Of a DNA stretch of 64,000 nucleotides, positions 1 to 15,810 are shown piece after piece; positions within the stretch are counted from its first letter, which is position 1; every line of letters starts with the position of its first letter. A program made the position numbers and the translations under genes. This DNA is from the human T2T-CHM13v2.0 reference genome, Homo sapiens. The notes under the pieces are model-generated. The model was not told where the DNA came from. It saw nothing but the letters and a program-made list of their open reading frames with translations, and made no database searches. The DNA is taken from the NCBI RefSeq assembly GCF_009914755.1, contig NC_060927.1; one strand, 5' to 3'.

Positions 1-111
1 ATCCCTCCCACTTCCAATCTCTGACTCATCTTCTAAGCCCAGTTTCAACCTCACCTACTGTGTGAAGCTGTCCCTGACCCACACACCTCCTGTCAGCATT
101 AACCATTCATT

Positions 112-760
<649 letters not shown>

Positions 761-1389
761 GCACTTAGCTCCCTGTGGCATTTGTCATGGTTCGTTTGGT
801 GTGAGAGTTACACCGAACATAAGTGTGTATCCCCTCTATTTGACTGTAGTTGCGTTTGGAGCATGGATCAGACCTCACTTATTCTGGAGTTCTCAAGGAC
901 TCCCAACAGCACCTGCTCAGAAGCCCTGGAAAGTCAGAGCACAATTAAGGACATTCGCTCTAAGAAGACACTCTCACGGTTATCGCTGGAACCCAGGGTC
1001 CCTCCAATTGGAAATGTGAAGTCAAAGGAGGAAATTGCTCTTAGGCTGAGTCACAAGACTCGTGTCCTTTTCTCCTGAGGTAGATAAGAGACACACACAC
1101 AGGCAGATACACACCTCATGCCTCCAGGAGCCGCAGAGGCAGAGAATGCAAAAAATGTGGTGGTGCCAGCCGCAGCGAGGTCTGGAAATGCCTTCTTAAT
1201 TGAGCCTTTCTGGGAGCTGCACAGGCTGGCTGGAGGAGGGACAGGAATGGAGAGGCGAGTGAGGTGGAAGGGGCCACGAAGGGCCATGTCTGAGATGGGG
1301 CCCAGGGGTCTTTGATCCTACTTCGTTTGTCATGAGTTTAGAGACCCAGAAAAAAGAGCCTTGAGTTTCTTCCAATAAAGCACTGTTAC

Positions 1390-1520
1390 CTGAAAAATGC
1401 CCATCAGAACAGAATTGCTCCACCTTTGAATGGTTCTGTCTATAGGAAAGTCTTTTCTAATAGGAGCCCAAGTCTCTTTTCCTGCAGCTTTCACACACTG
1501 GGGCCACTCTGAACAAATTT
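1390..1520 (-). mobile_element. L3/CR1 fragment
   Basis: GGAAAGTCTTTTCTAATAGGAGCCCAAGTCT..CCTGCAGCTTTCAC resembles the CR1 3' region. Confidence 0.4.
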
Positions 1521-1569
1521 AGTGGTTTGACAGGAATGATTAGGGGTGGGGATGGGACTCAGAAACCTC

Positions 1570-1745
1570 TGCAGGGTGCCTAGTAAGTGCTAGACATCTT
1601 GCATGCATTAAGTCGTAAACCAGAAAACTCCAGAGAGACCTTTGCTGTGGATATTACTGTCCCATGTTGCGGATGAGGAAAGGGGCTCTGGGAAGTCTGC
1701 AGGTTGCCCAGGACACAGGTCCACCCAGCTCTCATCTAGCCTGTC
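1570..1745 (-). mobile_element. MIR fragment
   Basis: CCCATGTTGCGGATGAGGAAA antisense MIR core. Confidence 0.55.
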
Positions 1746-2477
1746 TTCTGGTTTCCCTTCAGATGGCTGGAAACACGGCTCCTGGCTCCTCGAGCCCTCT
1801 GGTCTCCCGGCTTCAGACCTCCCTTACAGCACATACTTTCCCAGCCCATCATGACCAGCTTCTGGGGTTCCCTCTGTTTGGTCTGCAACCCTCTTCAGTG
1901 AGATCCCAGACAGGGACATAAGCATTCTTGTTGCTTTGCTGGGAAAGCACGATATGCCAGCCAGCAACCGATGTACATCATCATTTGCTTGAAGAAATAA
2001 CATGAGCTTGTGACTCCTGGCCACACTCTGGGTAGCAGGAGGAGCACAGTCTGAGGTCAAAGGATGTCACAACTCTCAGCCAGGCTGGCTGAGACAGGTT
2101 CTAAAACAACCCTTTCCAACCTACTGCTCTCCTACTCCCAGGACCTGGAGCCACTGACCCTGCCATGGAACAGGTTGCATGATGTTTTACATCAAATTGT
2201 ATTGATTCTTTGGTGAATAGGTAATACGTTCTCATGGTTTAAAGTTTAAAATGGTACCAACGATATAAAGTAGAAATCCTCCCTCCTACTCCTTCCTCCC
2301 ATCACCCATCTTCCACTTCTAGGAACAATGTTTCCAGCTTCTGGTGCATTCCTTCAGATGTAGTCATCATGGATACAATGCAAATAAGTAGGTATATGTG
2401 TATCCCTATTCCTTTTTCCTTTTTAAATACAAAATCAGTGTATTATACTGTTTACCACTGCCCTCACCTTTAAAAAG

Positions 2478-2600
2478 TTTTTTAGATTTTTTGTAGAGAT
2501 TGGATCTTGAGATGTTGCCCAGGCTATCTTGAATTCCTGGCCTTAAGCGATCTTTCACCTCGGCTTCCCGAAGTGCTGGGATTATAGTTGTGAGCCACTT
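2478..2600 (-). mobile_element. FLAM/AluJ left monomer within an old L1M fragment (about 2190-2640)
   Basis: TGTAGAGA..GTTGCCCAGGCT..GTGCTGGGATTATAGTTGTGAGCCAC; single monomer. Confidence 0.85.
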
Positions 2601-2734
2601 GAACTCCCTCCTTTTATTCACTTAGCACGTATACCTGCAAGTTTGTGACTTGAAGGGGTTTAAATTTACCCTCTTCTGCACCAGTGGTCCGAATGTGAAC
2701 CCTACACTGTGAACCCAAGACAAAACACAATGCA

Positions 2735-3035
2735 GGCTGGGCATGGTGGCTCACACCTGTAATACCAGCACTTTGGGAGGCTGAGACACACAGAGAGCTT
2801 GAACCCGGGGGTTCAAGACAAGCCTGGGCAATACAGTGAGACCTTATCTCTACAAAGAAACAAAAAAACAAAAAAACAGACCTAGTACTGTGTGCTTGCA
2901 GTCCCAGCTACTCAGGAGATTGAGATGGGAGGACAACTTTGGCCCAGGAGGTAGAGGTTGCAGCAAGCTGTGATCACACCACTGCATTCCTGGACTGTAG
3001 AATGAGACTCTGTCAAAAAAAAAAAAAAAAAAAAA
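2735..3035 (+). mobile_element. AluJ
   Basis: Diverged dimeric Alu with J-type GCTTGAACCCGG..GCCTGGGCAA and a poly(A) tail. Confidence 0.9.
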
Positions 3036-4169
3036 GAGATGAACCTCTCATTTAATGCTTGTTAAACAGATAATCTCCACATAGATATAAAGAGATGACT
3101 GCAGATGCATTCTTTTTTGCATCTCCCATGTACATTTTCCAAGAGATTTTGCACTGCTCTTTGGGGGGTGTGACCCCTACTTTATAAGGACAGTAATCAT
3201 CCAGGGACTGACATGATTTATCCAAACTAAGCTGCTGCCCTATTTGAGCTACTCTGATTTTGTGCTTTGGAGGCATTAGAGTTGAGCATCTGAGAACAGA
3301 GAGACTTGGCTGAGTTTTCTAAATAATAACTTCAATATACTCAGATGCGCTAGGAAGAAGTCACGCTGTCAATATGATACGGTCAAAGGACTCAGGTTTC
3401 TCCTTCCACCTTGAACTGAAGATGACACATGCACCAAATCATTTTTTTCTAAGCTTTCTTTTAGCTTCCATGGCTGCAAAGCAGTGATAATTCAACTTGC
3501 CATTAGGGTTTTAAGTACTCCCAGGTATTAAATACCTAGCATTAAACAGTACAAAAATATATTTTTAAAAATACCAACTAGGAAAGTGCTAAAATGACAC
3601 TCTGTCTTTGCCTAAGTATACTATGAGAAATGGAAAAGCTGGCCTCTGGGGGGCCATCTGCTGAGCCCAGGAGTCTAGGAAGCTTCGATGATATATGTGC
3701 AATCACTGAATTATGCTGGAGAAAAGATCTAAAACAGACATGGTTTCAGAGCATTCATGATAAATGGTTCTTCACAAATTGAAGCTGATTATTTCTCTCC
3801 CTCACATTCCCAAAGAGGTGGTCTCTGCTTTTAAGCAGAGTTCATTCCTGGAAACTCCATCTTAAAGGGAAATCCTAGTCTGATTGTATAGTTAAGGGTC
3901 TCTCTCTTCAAACATGTTCAGTCTCATGAGAGAACTGAATGGATGAAAGTGACAGGAAGGAAGAATAGGCACATTTAGACCCCGTCAAACAAGCGTGGCA
4001 AAAACTGAAGCCTGCTTGAAATGATGCTCTGTAAAGAGAATGCAGTTTCGTATAACGAACAATTGGTGCAGTTATTGAATAATGTAGATGGCCGTTGAAG
4101 TGAAAAAGTGCAGATGGAGACACAGTAAGACCTGACGCATGCCTGGGAGATTTAGAAAATGGTTCCCCA

Positions 4170-4466
<297 letters not shown>

Positions 4467-4676
4467 AGAAAATGGTTCCCCAAATGGAGCCCACTGTGTT
4501 GCCCCCAGCTTTCTCTTCCCTTCACCTGGGCCCTTCTTCTACCCTGAATATCTTGGCCCAGGGTAAGGGACAACTGTCGTAGAGAGCCTTTCTGTGCCTC
4601 AGTTTTCTTCATAGGAAAGTGACCATGCAGCAGTCCAAGGACATTCGCCAAATGCTGCAGAGCCTGGGAACTAACC

Positions 4677-4729
4677 GCCTCCCTTCCAAGCCTGATGGAA
4701 GAAATGGCCTCCCTTCTAAGCCTGGTGGA
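4677..4729. repeat. Tandem duplication with 30-bp period
   Basis: GCCTCCCTTCCAAGCCTGATGGA vs GCCTCCCTTCTAAGCCTGGTGGA. Confidence 0.85.
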
Positions 4730-4790
4730 CCTGGGACATCTGAGACCAGAAAACCAGAGGCCAGCTGATTAAATATTAATAGTTAGCTGT

Positions 4791-5486
<696 letters not shown>

Positions 5487-5679
5487 TTAGCTGTGGTGTT
5501 AGCTGGGCCAAACTAAGAACACCAAGTCAGTTTTGTCTGTGTTTTACATCTACAATTTTAAATATCAAATTTAAACATTGAAAAGTTTTTTTTTTTCCTT
5601 TGAACTGGTGAGTGGCTTTGGCTCCCAGCAGAACAAATGGAGAGAAAGCAATGAACTGTCTGTGGAGTGAGTGTGTATT

Positions 5680-5860
5680 AAAACGTGGAATGAGGATCTC
5701 CCCCACGGGGCGGGGAGACTAGGAGAAAGCTGCCAGAGGCTGCTGGCAAGAGATATCCACTGGTTCTAGACCTGGCGGAGAGCGCTGGAGGTGGGTGGGG
5801 AGGTGGGGGTTGGGGAGCGTGTTGGAGTTGGGCTTGGGTCATTGTAGGTGAGCCGGCGTG
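5680..5860 (+). promoter_or_regulatory. Candidate promoter/enhancer (GC box, TEAD motif, G4)
   Basis: TGGAATG 5686, GGGGCGGGG 5707-5715, G-tracts 5793-5815, several retained CpGs, donor-like TAG|GTGAGC at 5848. Confidence 0.35.
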
Positions 5861-6169
5861 GTTCTCTCTCAGGAAAGCACCAGAGAGGCCTGGCTCTGGG
5901 GAAGTTGGAGGTTTTACTCCCTGGCATCATCTGCAGTCGAGAGTGATCTGGCAGATACTATCTCTCCCAACCAACTTGGCAAGGCTCTGGTCCTGTGTGA
6001 GGAGGCAAGGAGTTCTCTTGGATGAGGTGAGCACACCCAGGTGAGGCAGCACACAAGAGGTCCACGCCTGCTCTGCAGACAGAGGGAGGTTAGCATCCGG
6101 AAGAGGCAACTACACAGCTGCCACCCCATTCGGTACTTCTCTCAAGGCACACGGGCGGTGTGGCAGAGC

Positions 6170-6572
6170 CTGTTCCTTGCTGACCAGTGTCCATTCCCCC
6201 TTTCTTCCTTAGTATCGGATTCCAGTTTTATCTGGAGTGGTGATGAGGCTACATTTCCAGCCCTCCTTGCAGCAAGGATGGCCAACGAGACGCAAGCACA
6301 AGTCATGACGTGGGTCTTCAAGGGGCCCGACTTGGTGGGCAGAGCGCTGCATTGGCCTTTGGCGTTCCCCGTAGTCCTCTGCAGGGGACTCTGCAGTAGC
6401 CCATGAGGTTACAGGGCTGATGCGAGGCTTGTGCTCTGGTAATGATTGATCATTTTGTAGGCGGCAGCCTATCTACAGATGTCTTTTAGATGGGCAAATA
6501 AACTCCCAATTTGGCAAAGTCACTCCAATTAGGACTCTTACTACCAGCTAAACAGAATTCCTAACTGATCCA
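6170..6572 (+). mobile_element. ERVL solo LTR (LTR33/LTR16-like)
   Basis: CCATTCCCCTTTCTTCCTTAGT..CTACATTTCCAGCCCTCCTTGCAGC..AATAAAC..CCTAACTGATCCA. Confidence 0.6.
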
Positions 6573-6932
6573 GATGGACTTGGAGAGAAAAGAGCTCCCA
6601 GTCACTGGAGATGTGCAAGCATCAGTGGCAGGGGTTAGTGGGGCGAGGGGCCTGGCAGGGGCTGGGGGGGCAAGTGCAGGACTAGAAGTATTTGCTATTT
6701 GGTGACCCTCTGTGAGGTGTTCAAATCCCAGCCTGCTGGGGCTATTGGTTAACTGGTTTTAGTCTGAGCCTTAAAACAACAACAGGCTCAAAAGAGAAGA
6801 AATTCATCACAAATTAGGGGCCCATTTGTGTCACCTGCCTCTAAAGTCGGAGGCTCTGCAGCAGACGAAGCCCTGTGTTGCTGGGGAGAAGGTGGCTTCA
6901 CGGACACTCCCGTTTCAGTGTGACTGCCTTTG

Positions 6933-6951
6933 GGGCCTATAGGGGGCACTA
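6933..6951 (+). promoter_or_regulatory. CTCF motif candidate
   Basis: GGGCCTATAGGGGGCACTA matches the CTCF core CCNSYAGRKGGCRS with one mismatch. Confidence 0.45.
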
Positions 6952-7189
6952 AGGAACTATGGGATCTTGTTGCCTCTGTGGCGGGGTCAGCGCTCAGACC
7001 TCCAGCCAACCCAGCCAGCAAGAAGAAGGAATGGGGCTGGGGCTGGGACAAGGGTCGGTTATAGTGGGTAGAAATGAAATCGCCCCTTCCCCATTCTTCT
7101 TAAAGATCTAAAATGCAAAGCACCTGATTTTAAAGTTCAGAAGAAAATGTCTCCCCTCCGCAATGAGAGCTTGACATTTCTGTCACTGA

Positions 7190-7370
7190 ATCTTAGACTA
7201 GAAAGGGGCCTTGGAGATCAGCCAGTCGTCACTATTCATTCAGCAGATGAGAAACTGGAGTCCCGAGAAGGAAAGTGATGGATCCAAAGAGAGGCAGGGC
7301 GTTAGCAGCAGGGCTGGGCCGCAGGCTGGGCCTTCCAACTTCCAGCAGAGTGTTCTTTCCACCACACCAC
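7190..7370 (-). mobile_element. MIR fragment
   Basis: CATTCAGCAGATGAGAAACTGGAGTCCCGAGAAGG. Confidence 0.6.
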
Positions 7371-8864
7371 ACCCACCGTCTTGGCCACGTTTGTTCTCTT
7401 TTCTGGCCCTGGGGGGACTCTGGCAGGGCTGGGGGTCTGATGTGAACTGGAATCTGTTCAGTTTCACCTCTCATTGCTCCTGCCAGCTCGCCAGCTCTGG
7501 CTGATGGAGGCAATTAGAACCAGACATCCCATAAGGCCATTCCAGAAAGATCTCTTAAAATTCCACAGCAGCTGGGGACTTGCCTTTCCCTGCAGGGTTC
7601 ATCTGGTGTGTAAATACCTAGTTGTATAAGGCACAGGGTTGGGGGGCCATGCTTACACATACACAGTCTCTCAACCCACATTCACCCACAGATAGAAAAA
7701 TAGAGAAATATTCAGTAGGAATTCCTTTCCTTTCTACCTCCCAAAGAGAGAAGTGAAGAATTTACAGGCCACCCTGGGAACATTTAATTACTTGCTGCTG
7801 AGGGATGGGCACTGTATTTGCACTGGGCAGTGGGTGGCAGAGGGTGGGGGACATCCCTGGTTTTCTTCCTTGCACCGCAGAGGGCTGCTTCCCACCACTG
7901 GGTTCTGAGGAAGGCCAAGCAGTGTTTGTGGCCAGCTTAGCAAATATGCAGTCCAGGAGCCTGGCTCAAAGATGTTGCCTCAGTTTATCTGTGGGAGCCT
8001 TGAGGCACCAAAAGACAAAATGGCAGAGCAAGGAACTCCAACCCAGGACCACTGGCTTTGATTAACCTGTTCAATGATCTCCAGTGACTGTAACATCAAA
8101 ACTGAAGGGCAGATCCTGGCTCATGAGTTGATGGAGCCCTCTCTTTCTCAGGGCTCCCATTTCACAGTTCTCACCAGTCAACCTTGCTTTGGCCAACAAT
8201 GTGCTGCTGTTAGTTGGCCAGTGTTTAAGTAGACCCAGAGGGCCTTTTGTTAGAAGTCAGTGGGAAACAGCCAAAGCATTGCAAAGGCAGATGGAAAAAC
8301 CAGACACGTTCTCTAACCTGAGGGAGCACCTAGTTCCACTGTGATTTACAGGAGGCTAGAAGGGGAAGGAAAGGGTCATCATTCTGACAAGTCTACATAC
8401 CAAATTGGTTGCAGAGCTTAAGAGAGAGCCCACATCTTCTGTTTCCCAGACTAGAGTGTTTTCAACACCATCACACCACCACTCCCAACTCCTCCCTTTG
8501 AGGTTGCATTTGGCCTGACTATCCCATGAGAGTAGTGTAAAACAGTGTTAAAAAATTAAATCAGGTCATGATTACTATAATTTTTTATTGGGTAGGCCCA
8601 ATAACTCTGAGCACCTTTCGAAAATCTGTCCTGGGACTTGTGGTTAATTGGTGATTAATCACCGATCCATTTATTAGATGATTTCACATTACCAATTGAT
8701 GTTATCTCTGTACTCCCCATTTTCCAGTGATCTCCTCTTGCTGACATCCCTTAGATCTTCTATCTGTGTTCCAGATGTGGCATTTTGCAGACTTAGCACT
8801 CAGGGAGAGAAGAATGAATCCATCAGTTCGTTCTGCTGCTGATTTTTGTGTTTGGAAGTAGAAG

Positions 8865-9420
8865 TGCATTTGTTTATTTACTTATTCAACATCAAACACT
8901 TGCTGGTGCTGGGAAAGGTACCAGGTGCTGGGGTAGTTGCTGGGGAATAGAGGGACAGAGAACTTGGTTTTAAGGGATTTAAATTTTGGTAGAGGGAGAC
9001 AGAACATACCCACAATTAGCTCTAATATAGAGAATAAGCCCTACAAGAGAAGGAAAGATGAAGTGAGCTCAGAGGGAAAAATCACTTGGAGAATAGGGGG
9101 GAGAGCAATCAGGGAGGAGTTCCTGGAGGTGGTGGCATTAAAGTGATGCCTAGAAGGATGAGTGCTTCTGCTGTGCAGAGACTGGGGAGGTGGAAGAAGT
9201 GGGGCAAGGCATTCTAGGTGGGGGAAGGCAAACAGGAAGGAGAGCCATGGCTTGTTAGCAATCATGAGAGGGTCAGTTTGGCTGATTAGGCTGGTTGGCT
9301 GGAGGCAGTCCTTGGATGGTGACGGATATCAAGTGAAGAAGTTTGGGCATCAGGCATGGAGAAACCACCATGGCTTCCTGAGTGGACAAGCCATGTGGGC
9401 ATCACTACCCTTGAGAAGGG
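8865..9420 (-). mobile_element. L2 fragment
   Basis: TTTATTTACTTATTCAACA..; AGGGAGGAGTTCCTGGAGGTGGTGGCATT; GGCATTCTAGG. Confidence 0.6.
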
Positions 9421-10009
9421 TGAGCAGCAGCAGCGTGGACTGGGTGGGCATGCACACACTGTGACTGCCTTGCCCCGGAGCACCTCTCTGTCCTGTAGTC
9501 ACTCAGAGCTCTGCTGTGTGTCCATCTCTCCCACTCCCCCAGCATGAATCCATAGACCCCAAGAAAGACCTGCACTGTCTTGTGTTTGAATGATGACCCC
9601 CTGGCAGAACTCAAACCACACACCCTGCTGAATGGAACTCTCTTTTTCCTTTCCATAAAACCAGAGAAGTATGCAGAAACCTCAAAGGTCATCAATTCCG
9701 ACATCCAGTTGATACTTAGATTTCCTCCATTGCTTCTCTGCAAAGCGATTGTCTGTTCCATGCTTAAATATCTCCAGTGATGGTGAGCTCACTACTTCAA
9801 GAGGCAGTCCATACTCAGGGTAGTCCTGGACTCACTAATAGAATGGACGGAGCCTGCACCATCCCCATTTCTGCCTCACCCTCGCCCGCTAGCACTGTGA
9901 CAAGACATCTGTCCACATGTGTTGAATAGCCCTGAAAGAGAGAGATCCCCTTACCCCAGAGCACATGAATTTCCCAGAAGGTCCCTGGAGTAAAAATCTG
10001 GTATTAATT

Positions 10010-10220
10010 GTACTCCTGTTTGGGCAGCACTTTAGAGTTTGCAAACGGCTTTCACAGGCTTTATTGTTCTAGTGCCCACAACACCACTGTGAACAATGCT
10101 GTGGCATTTCCATTTTATGTATCAGGAAACAACTCCAAAGGGAACTCGCCCCAGGTTGAACATTGTGTAAACGTCAAAGCCAGGATCCTACTCCCGTTTC
10201 TTCTGACTCTAAATCTTGGA
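10010..10220 (-). mobile_element. MIR fragment
   Basis: AGCACTTTAGAGTTTGCAAA..CCCATTTTATGTATCAGGAAAC. Confidence 0.55.
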
Positions 10221-10879
10221 ATTTTCTCAGCAAACCAGGTAAGCAGGGAGGTCTGTCCCCAAACACTAGCCTTGGGATGTTTTTTTTTTCATTAAACAAC
10301 GTATTATGGATATAATTATTTGAATCAAAGGGGCAGGATGGTGTGTGTGTGTGTGTTTGTGTGTGCTTGCATGCAAGGCCACGGACGTGCCATGGAGGTA
10401 CTTTATACTAAGCTGAAATACTTGACTAACAGGTTTCCTCTTCCTGTTTCTCTTCTAGAAGTCTTACCATGGCCCTGTCTCAGGGCACTCAGCCCCAAAG
10501 TGGTGGAGCAAGAGCACTCCAATCGGCACCACATGCTGAGCAATTGAGCTAGCATGCTGATAGAGGCAGGGACGACACAGGCCTTGTCATCGATAACAGG
10601 ATGAATACTGAGGGCCATCAGCCCATGAGTTCTTTGCTCGTCTATCCTAGAAAAAGGAATGTTTTCAAATACCTCCACTATCAATCACCAAGAAAAAAAC
10701 ATTTGTTATTCATTGTTTTTTGTGTCCTCTGATGTAACGTTTTATCCAGGAGTTCAGGGACCTCAGTTTCTTTATTTGTAAAATGGGCATAGGTGTGTGT
10801 GTGGCGGGGTGTGGTGGGGGGCGGTAACCATGGAGGCATTGGACCAGTTGTTCAAAAGGGACCTTCTCAGTTCTAGGTA

Positions 10880-11182
<303 letters not shown>

Positions 11183-11679
11183 CCTTCTAGGTTCTGAAAG
11201 AGGGAAAAAAAATGTAACGTGGTTCCAAAATTGACAGTGACCCAGGTGTAGTGATGAAGGAATAGATTCATGCATGTGCAGTTGCCAAAGACAGAGAACC
11301 TCCAAGCGGCCCTGGGGCTGTGCTTGTCTGCCCAGTGAGGGGATGCATGAGGAGACTGCAGAGACCGCTCCTAACAGGGCTGCTGTGTGATCCCACCAAA
11401 ACATTGCAAAGAACTTGCTACAAAGTTTGGGGGAATTGCTGTCCATAGTTTCAAATAAGATGTTGCAGAATGACAACATCAGGGTGGCAAGATATGTCCA
11501 AAAGAATACTGAAGCAAGACAGAAGACGGCTGGAGGTTAGACTTATGAACTGGGTAGGGCTGGTGATGGTGAGGAGGAGAGAGAGGGTCAGCTCATTCAG
11601 AAACACCCAAGGGAAGAGCACCAGGAATCCAAAAGGGGTTGCCCTGTAGGGCACCTGCCCAGGGATGTATGGACAAAAG

Positions 11680-11850
11680 ATCTGGCTTCAAGCCAGCCTC
11701 ACCACTTACTAGCTGTATAACTCTGAACAATTAATAGCACCTGCCTCAGACTCAGTTTCCTCAGTGGGGAAATGGGAAGAATACTCCCTACCTTACAGAG
11801 CTGCTGAGAGAGTTAAATTACATGGAATATGTGGAAATGCTTAACAGAGT
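11680..11850 (+). mobile_element. MIR
   Basis: CCACTTACTAGCTGT..CTCAGTTTCCTC..AAATGGGA..CCTACCTTACAGAG. Confidence 0.75.
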
Positions 11851-14384
11851 CCATTCATACATTCAGCAAGCATGTGTTGCGTGTCTGCTGTTTGCCTGGA
11901 AAATAGTAAGTACTCTATCACCACATTAAAAATATAAAGTCGGATAGAAAATGCATTCTTTGAAGTCTAGAATAATCCTTAGGTATTAGGGAAGTTCGTA
12001 AATGAAACCATCGAAAAGATAGGTGAGTTGTTTGTTATTCATCATTTTGGGTATTTGTTGGTGGAGAGAGCTGAGCTATTCAGTGAATTCCGGTACTGGC
12101 AAGATTAAATGGAGGGGAAGGACGGAAAAAAGCCGTCTCCTCCAACAGAGAAGAAAGACAAAGGCCTGAGCTTTCACAGCCTGAGCTTGGGCTAATTAAA
12201 CCAGTGTTGTAACATTTTTCTTTTCTTTTCTTTTCTTTTTTCTTTTCTTTTATATACAGGGGTTTTGGGGCTCTATCATCTTTGCCACAACACTGGACAC
12301 AGAAGGCTTCTCTAACTGTGTTTTAGCCCATTTGTTCCTCATTTGGGATCCTTAGAATTTTTAGGGGTCCATGAGGATTGGAGTAGGGATTTGTGACATA
12401 CTTTCAAAATTTCAAACATCATATAAGAAACCATGTGTCCTTACAATGAGGTTTTATTTGGCTAGAAGAAGATTAACCAGTCATGTTGATCAGAGGCTCT
12501 GGTGTATGCTTTGATGAATAAAAAAGAGAAATAAAATAAAGGCTGCTGCTTAACAAGTTCAATGTGTTGAGAAGTCAAAATTCTTTCAAACATAGAGCAT
12601 AGAGCAGTTGGAGATATAATAAAGAAAGAGTAAACATATAATTGAAAACGTTAGTAGCACTTCAACCCAACTCTCCCATTTTCCAGTTGAAGACCCAGAG
12701 GCCAGGGAAGTAAAGACATTTCTAAGGTCAGAGCTGGTCAGTGACGAAGCCAGACCCAGAGCCCAGGTCACCAGGCCATGGGGCTTTTTACTGCCTCAGT
12801 GATCGTGAGCCTGGTTTTAAAATTGACTGCATTCATCTGGAGGTGTTAGTGAAAACAAGTCACCTTCCTAAAGTCACTGCCTGGGTATCAAAGGCAAGAA
12901 GGATGCTACAGAGGACTTTTCCTTGGGCTTCTCTTCATTTGAGTGCAGTCACCTGATGGGTTGTTAGTCCAGCTCATGTTTGGCTGATGTAATTTCCCAA
13001 GGCAAGGACAAGACTGACAGGCAGGAACGCCCGGGGAGGTCCTTGGGGGAGATGAACATCCTCTTTTTATCTTCAAAGCAAATGTTCAGGAAGAGAAATG
13101 GCAACACTTCCCAGAATTCAGGCTGAAGCAAAACACAGATGACATATTGGACTGGCATCTCATCCGTGAGATAGGGGGACGTGACCGTCAGGGGTCGCTG
13201 AGGAAATGAATGAGTAAATTTATCTTACAGAGGTCAGTAAATAAGGGAATGGGATGTGTAAGAAACAGCTCCTGTCTGTAAAAGGAGCAGATGGATAAAT
13301 CTAGGTTTTCCAAACAGAGGGGCTCACAGTTGTGAGCTGTTGAAGAAAGGTATTTAGTTGAAACGTCTGTCTCAAGGTTATTGGTAAATAGCCAAAACTA
13401 GGGCGCAAGAATTCTGGGAAAATTAGATAAGATGAATTTAGTTTCACAATGGCTAAGGGGCCGTGTATTTCTATTAGGGAAGGCTATATATGCTTCATTC
13501 AGCAGCATTTAATGATTACATTTGGAACATGCAATTGCTGTTTCTGTTTTGGGGGCTATCACAATTTAATGAAATATCTGGTCTGGATTTCTTCAGGCAG
13601 TTGGTCTCTTCAGTTTCCACAGATTTAAGATTCTATCCTCTCCCTGCTTTCTTCCAATGAAGTTGACGTACTGTGATTCCAACTGGATAAACTTAATAGT
13701 CACACATAACTTTTGACTAGAAATAGGTGGACTGTAAGTAATCATTTAGTCTTACTTTTTGAAGATCTAAAGTCATGTGGAAGCCTAAGTGGCTGTTTGA
13801 ACCCAGACATCACTCCTAAAGGCATTCCTTTTCTTTATCCCGTCATTCCACAAACACTTATTAATCACCGACGGCAAGCAAGGCACAGGGAAAGGCACGG
13901 GAGGAGGGGCTCCGGGTGTGGGAAGATGGCCAAACACACGGTCCTCACACCAAGTAGTAAGTAGTCCTCACTACACAGAATCTGGTAGAGAAGTTGGAAA
14001 GTGAGTTCTTCCCAGCAACGACTAACGTTCTAACCATCACATCTCAACAAGTATTTAATGAGGTAGAAAATGCTCGCGGCAAAACTGTGGATACAATATG
14101 CTTTGAATAAGAAAATATTGGTCTCCTTCCATGACACACATGCTCCAGAAGCCCAGATGTCAGCCACAGCACTGCCCTCTCTGCTTGGAACTAACCCTTC
14201 ACGAAGCCCTGGAGATGATGGTGTCCTCATGGTCCCTGACTCTGTCTGCTTCTTCGTGTCTCCCACTGCCATTTGAGGCTGAGTCACCGTCTCTCATCAC
14301 TACAGCCCCCTCACTGCCCACCTGTGTCCACTCCTGCCTCTTCCACATGGCAGCCTCCTGGATCTTCCACGAAAGCAAATCTGA

Positions 14385-14879
<495 letters not shown>

Positions 14880-15234
14880 TAGGGCCTTTGTACATTCGAC
14901 TCCCGCCAGCAAATCCCGTTCTTCCCCTCTTCACCTGGCTGTTGCTGACTCATCCTTTAAGTATCAAACTGCTTGTCATTCTCCTGGGAAAAATGTCCTC
15001 CACCCCTCTGTCTACATTAAATTTTCCACTTACGTGCAACTAGAGCTTCATGTGCATCTTCTTTATAGCCCTAAAGATGCTTTAACTTTAATTTTGTGTG
15101 CAGTTATTTGATTAATGTCCAGTTCTCCTATTAGACTGTGAACTCGTGAGAACAGGACAAATGACTGTGTCGTACAGTAGTGACTCTCAAGTATATTTTG
15201 ACAGAATGAAGGATGATCTCATGCTTGGCCCCTA

Positions 15235-15810
<576 letters not shown>

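Noticed and set aside
4047-4060. TTCGTATAACGAA resembling a loxP arm
   Set aside because: Only 9 bp match and there is no spacer plus second 13-bp arm
3920-4140. Possible C/D snoRNA or hairpin RNA
   Set aside because: C box is imperfect (ATGATGC), no terminal stem, hairpins are short
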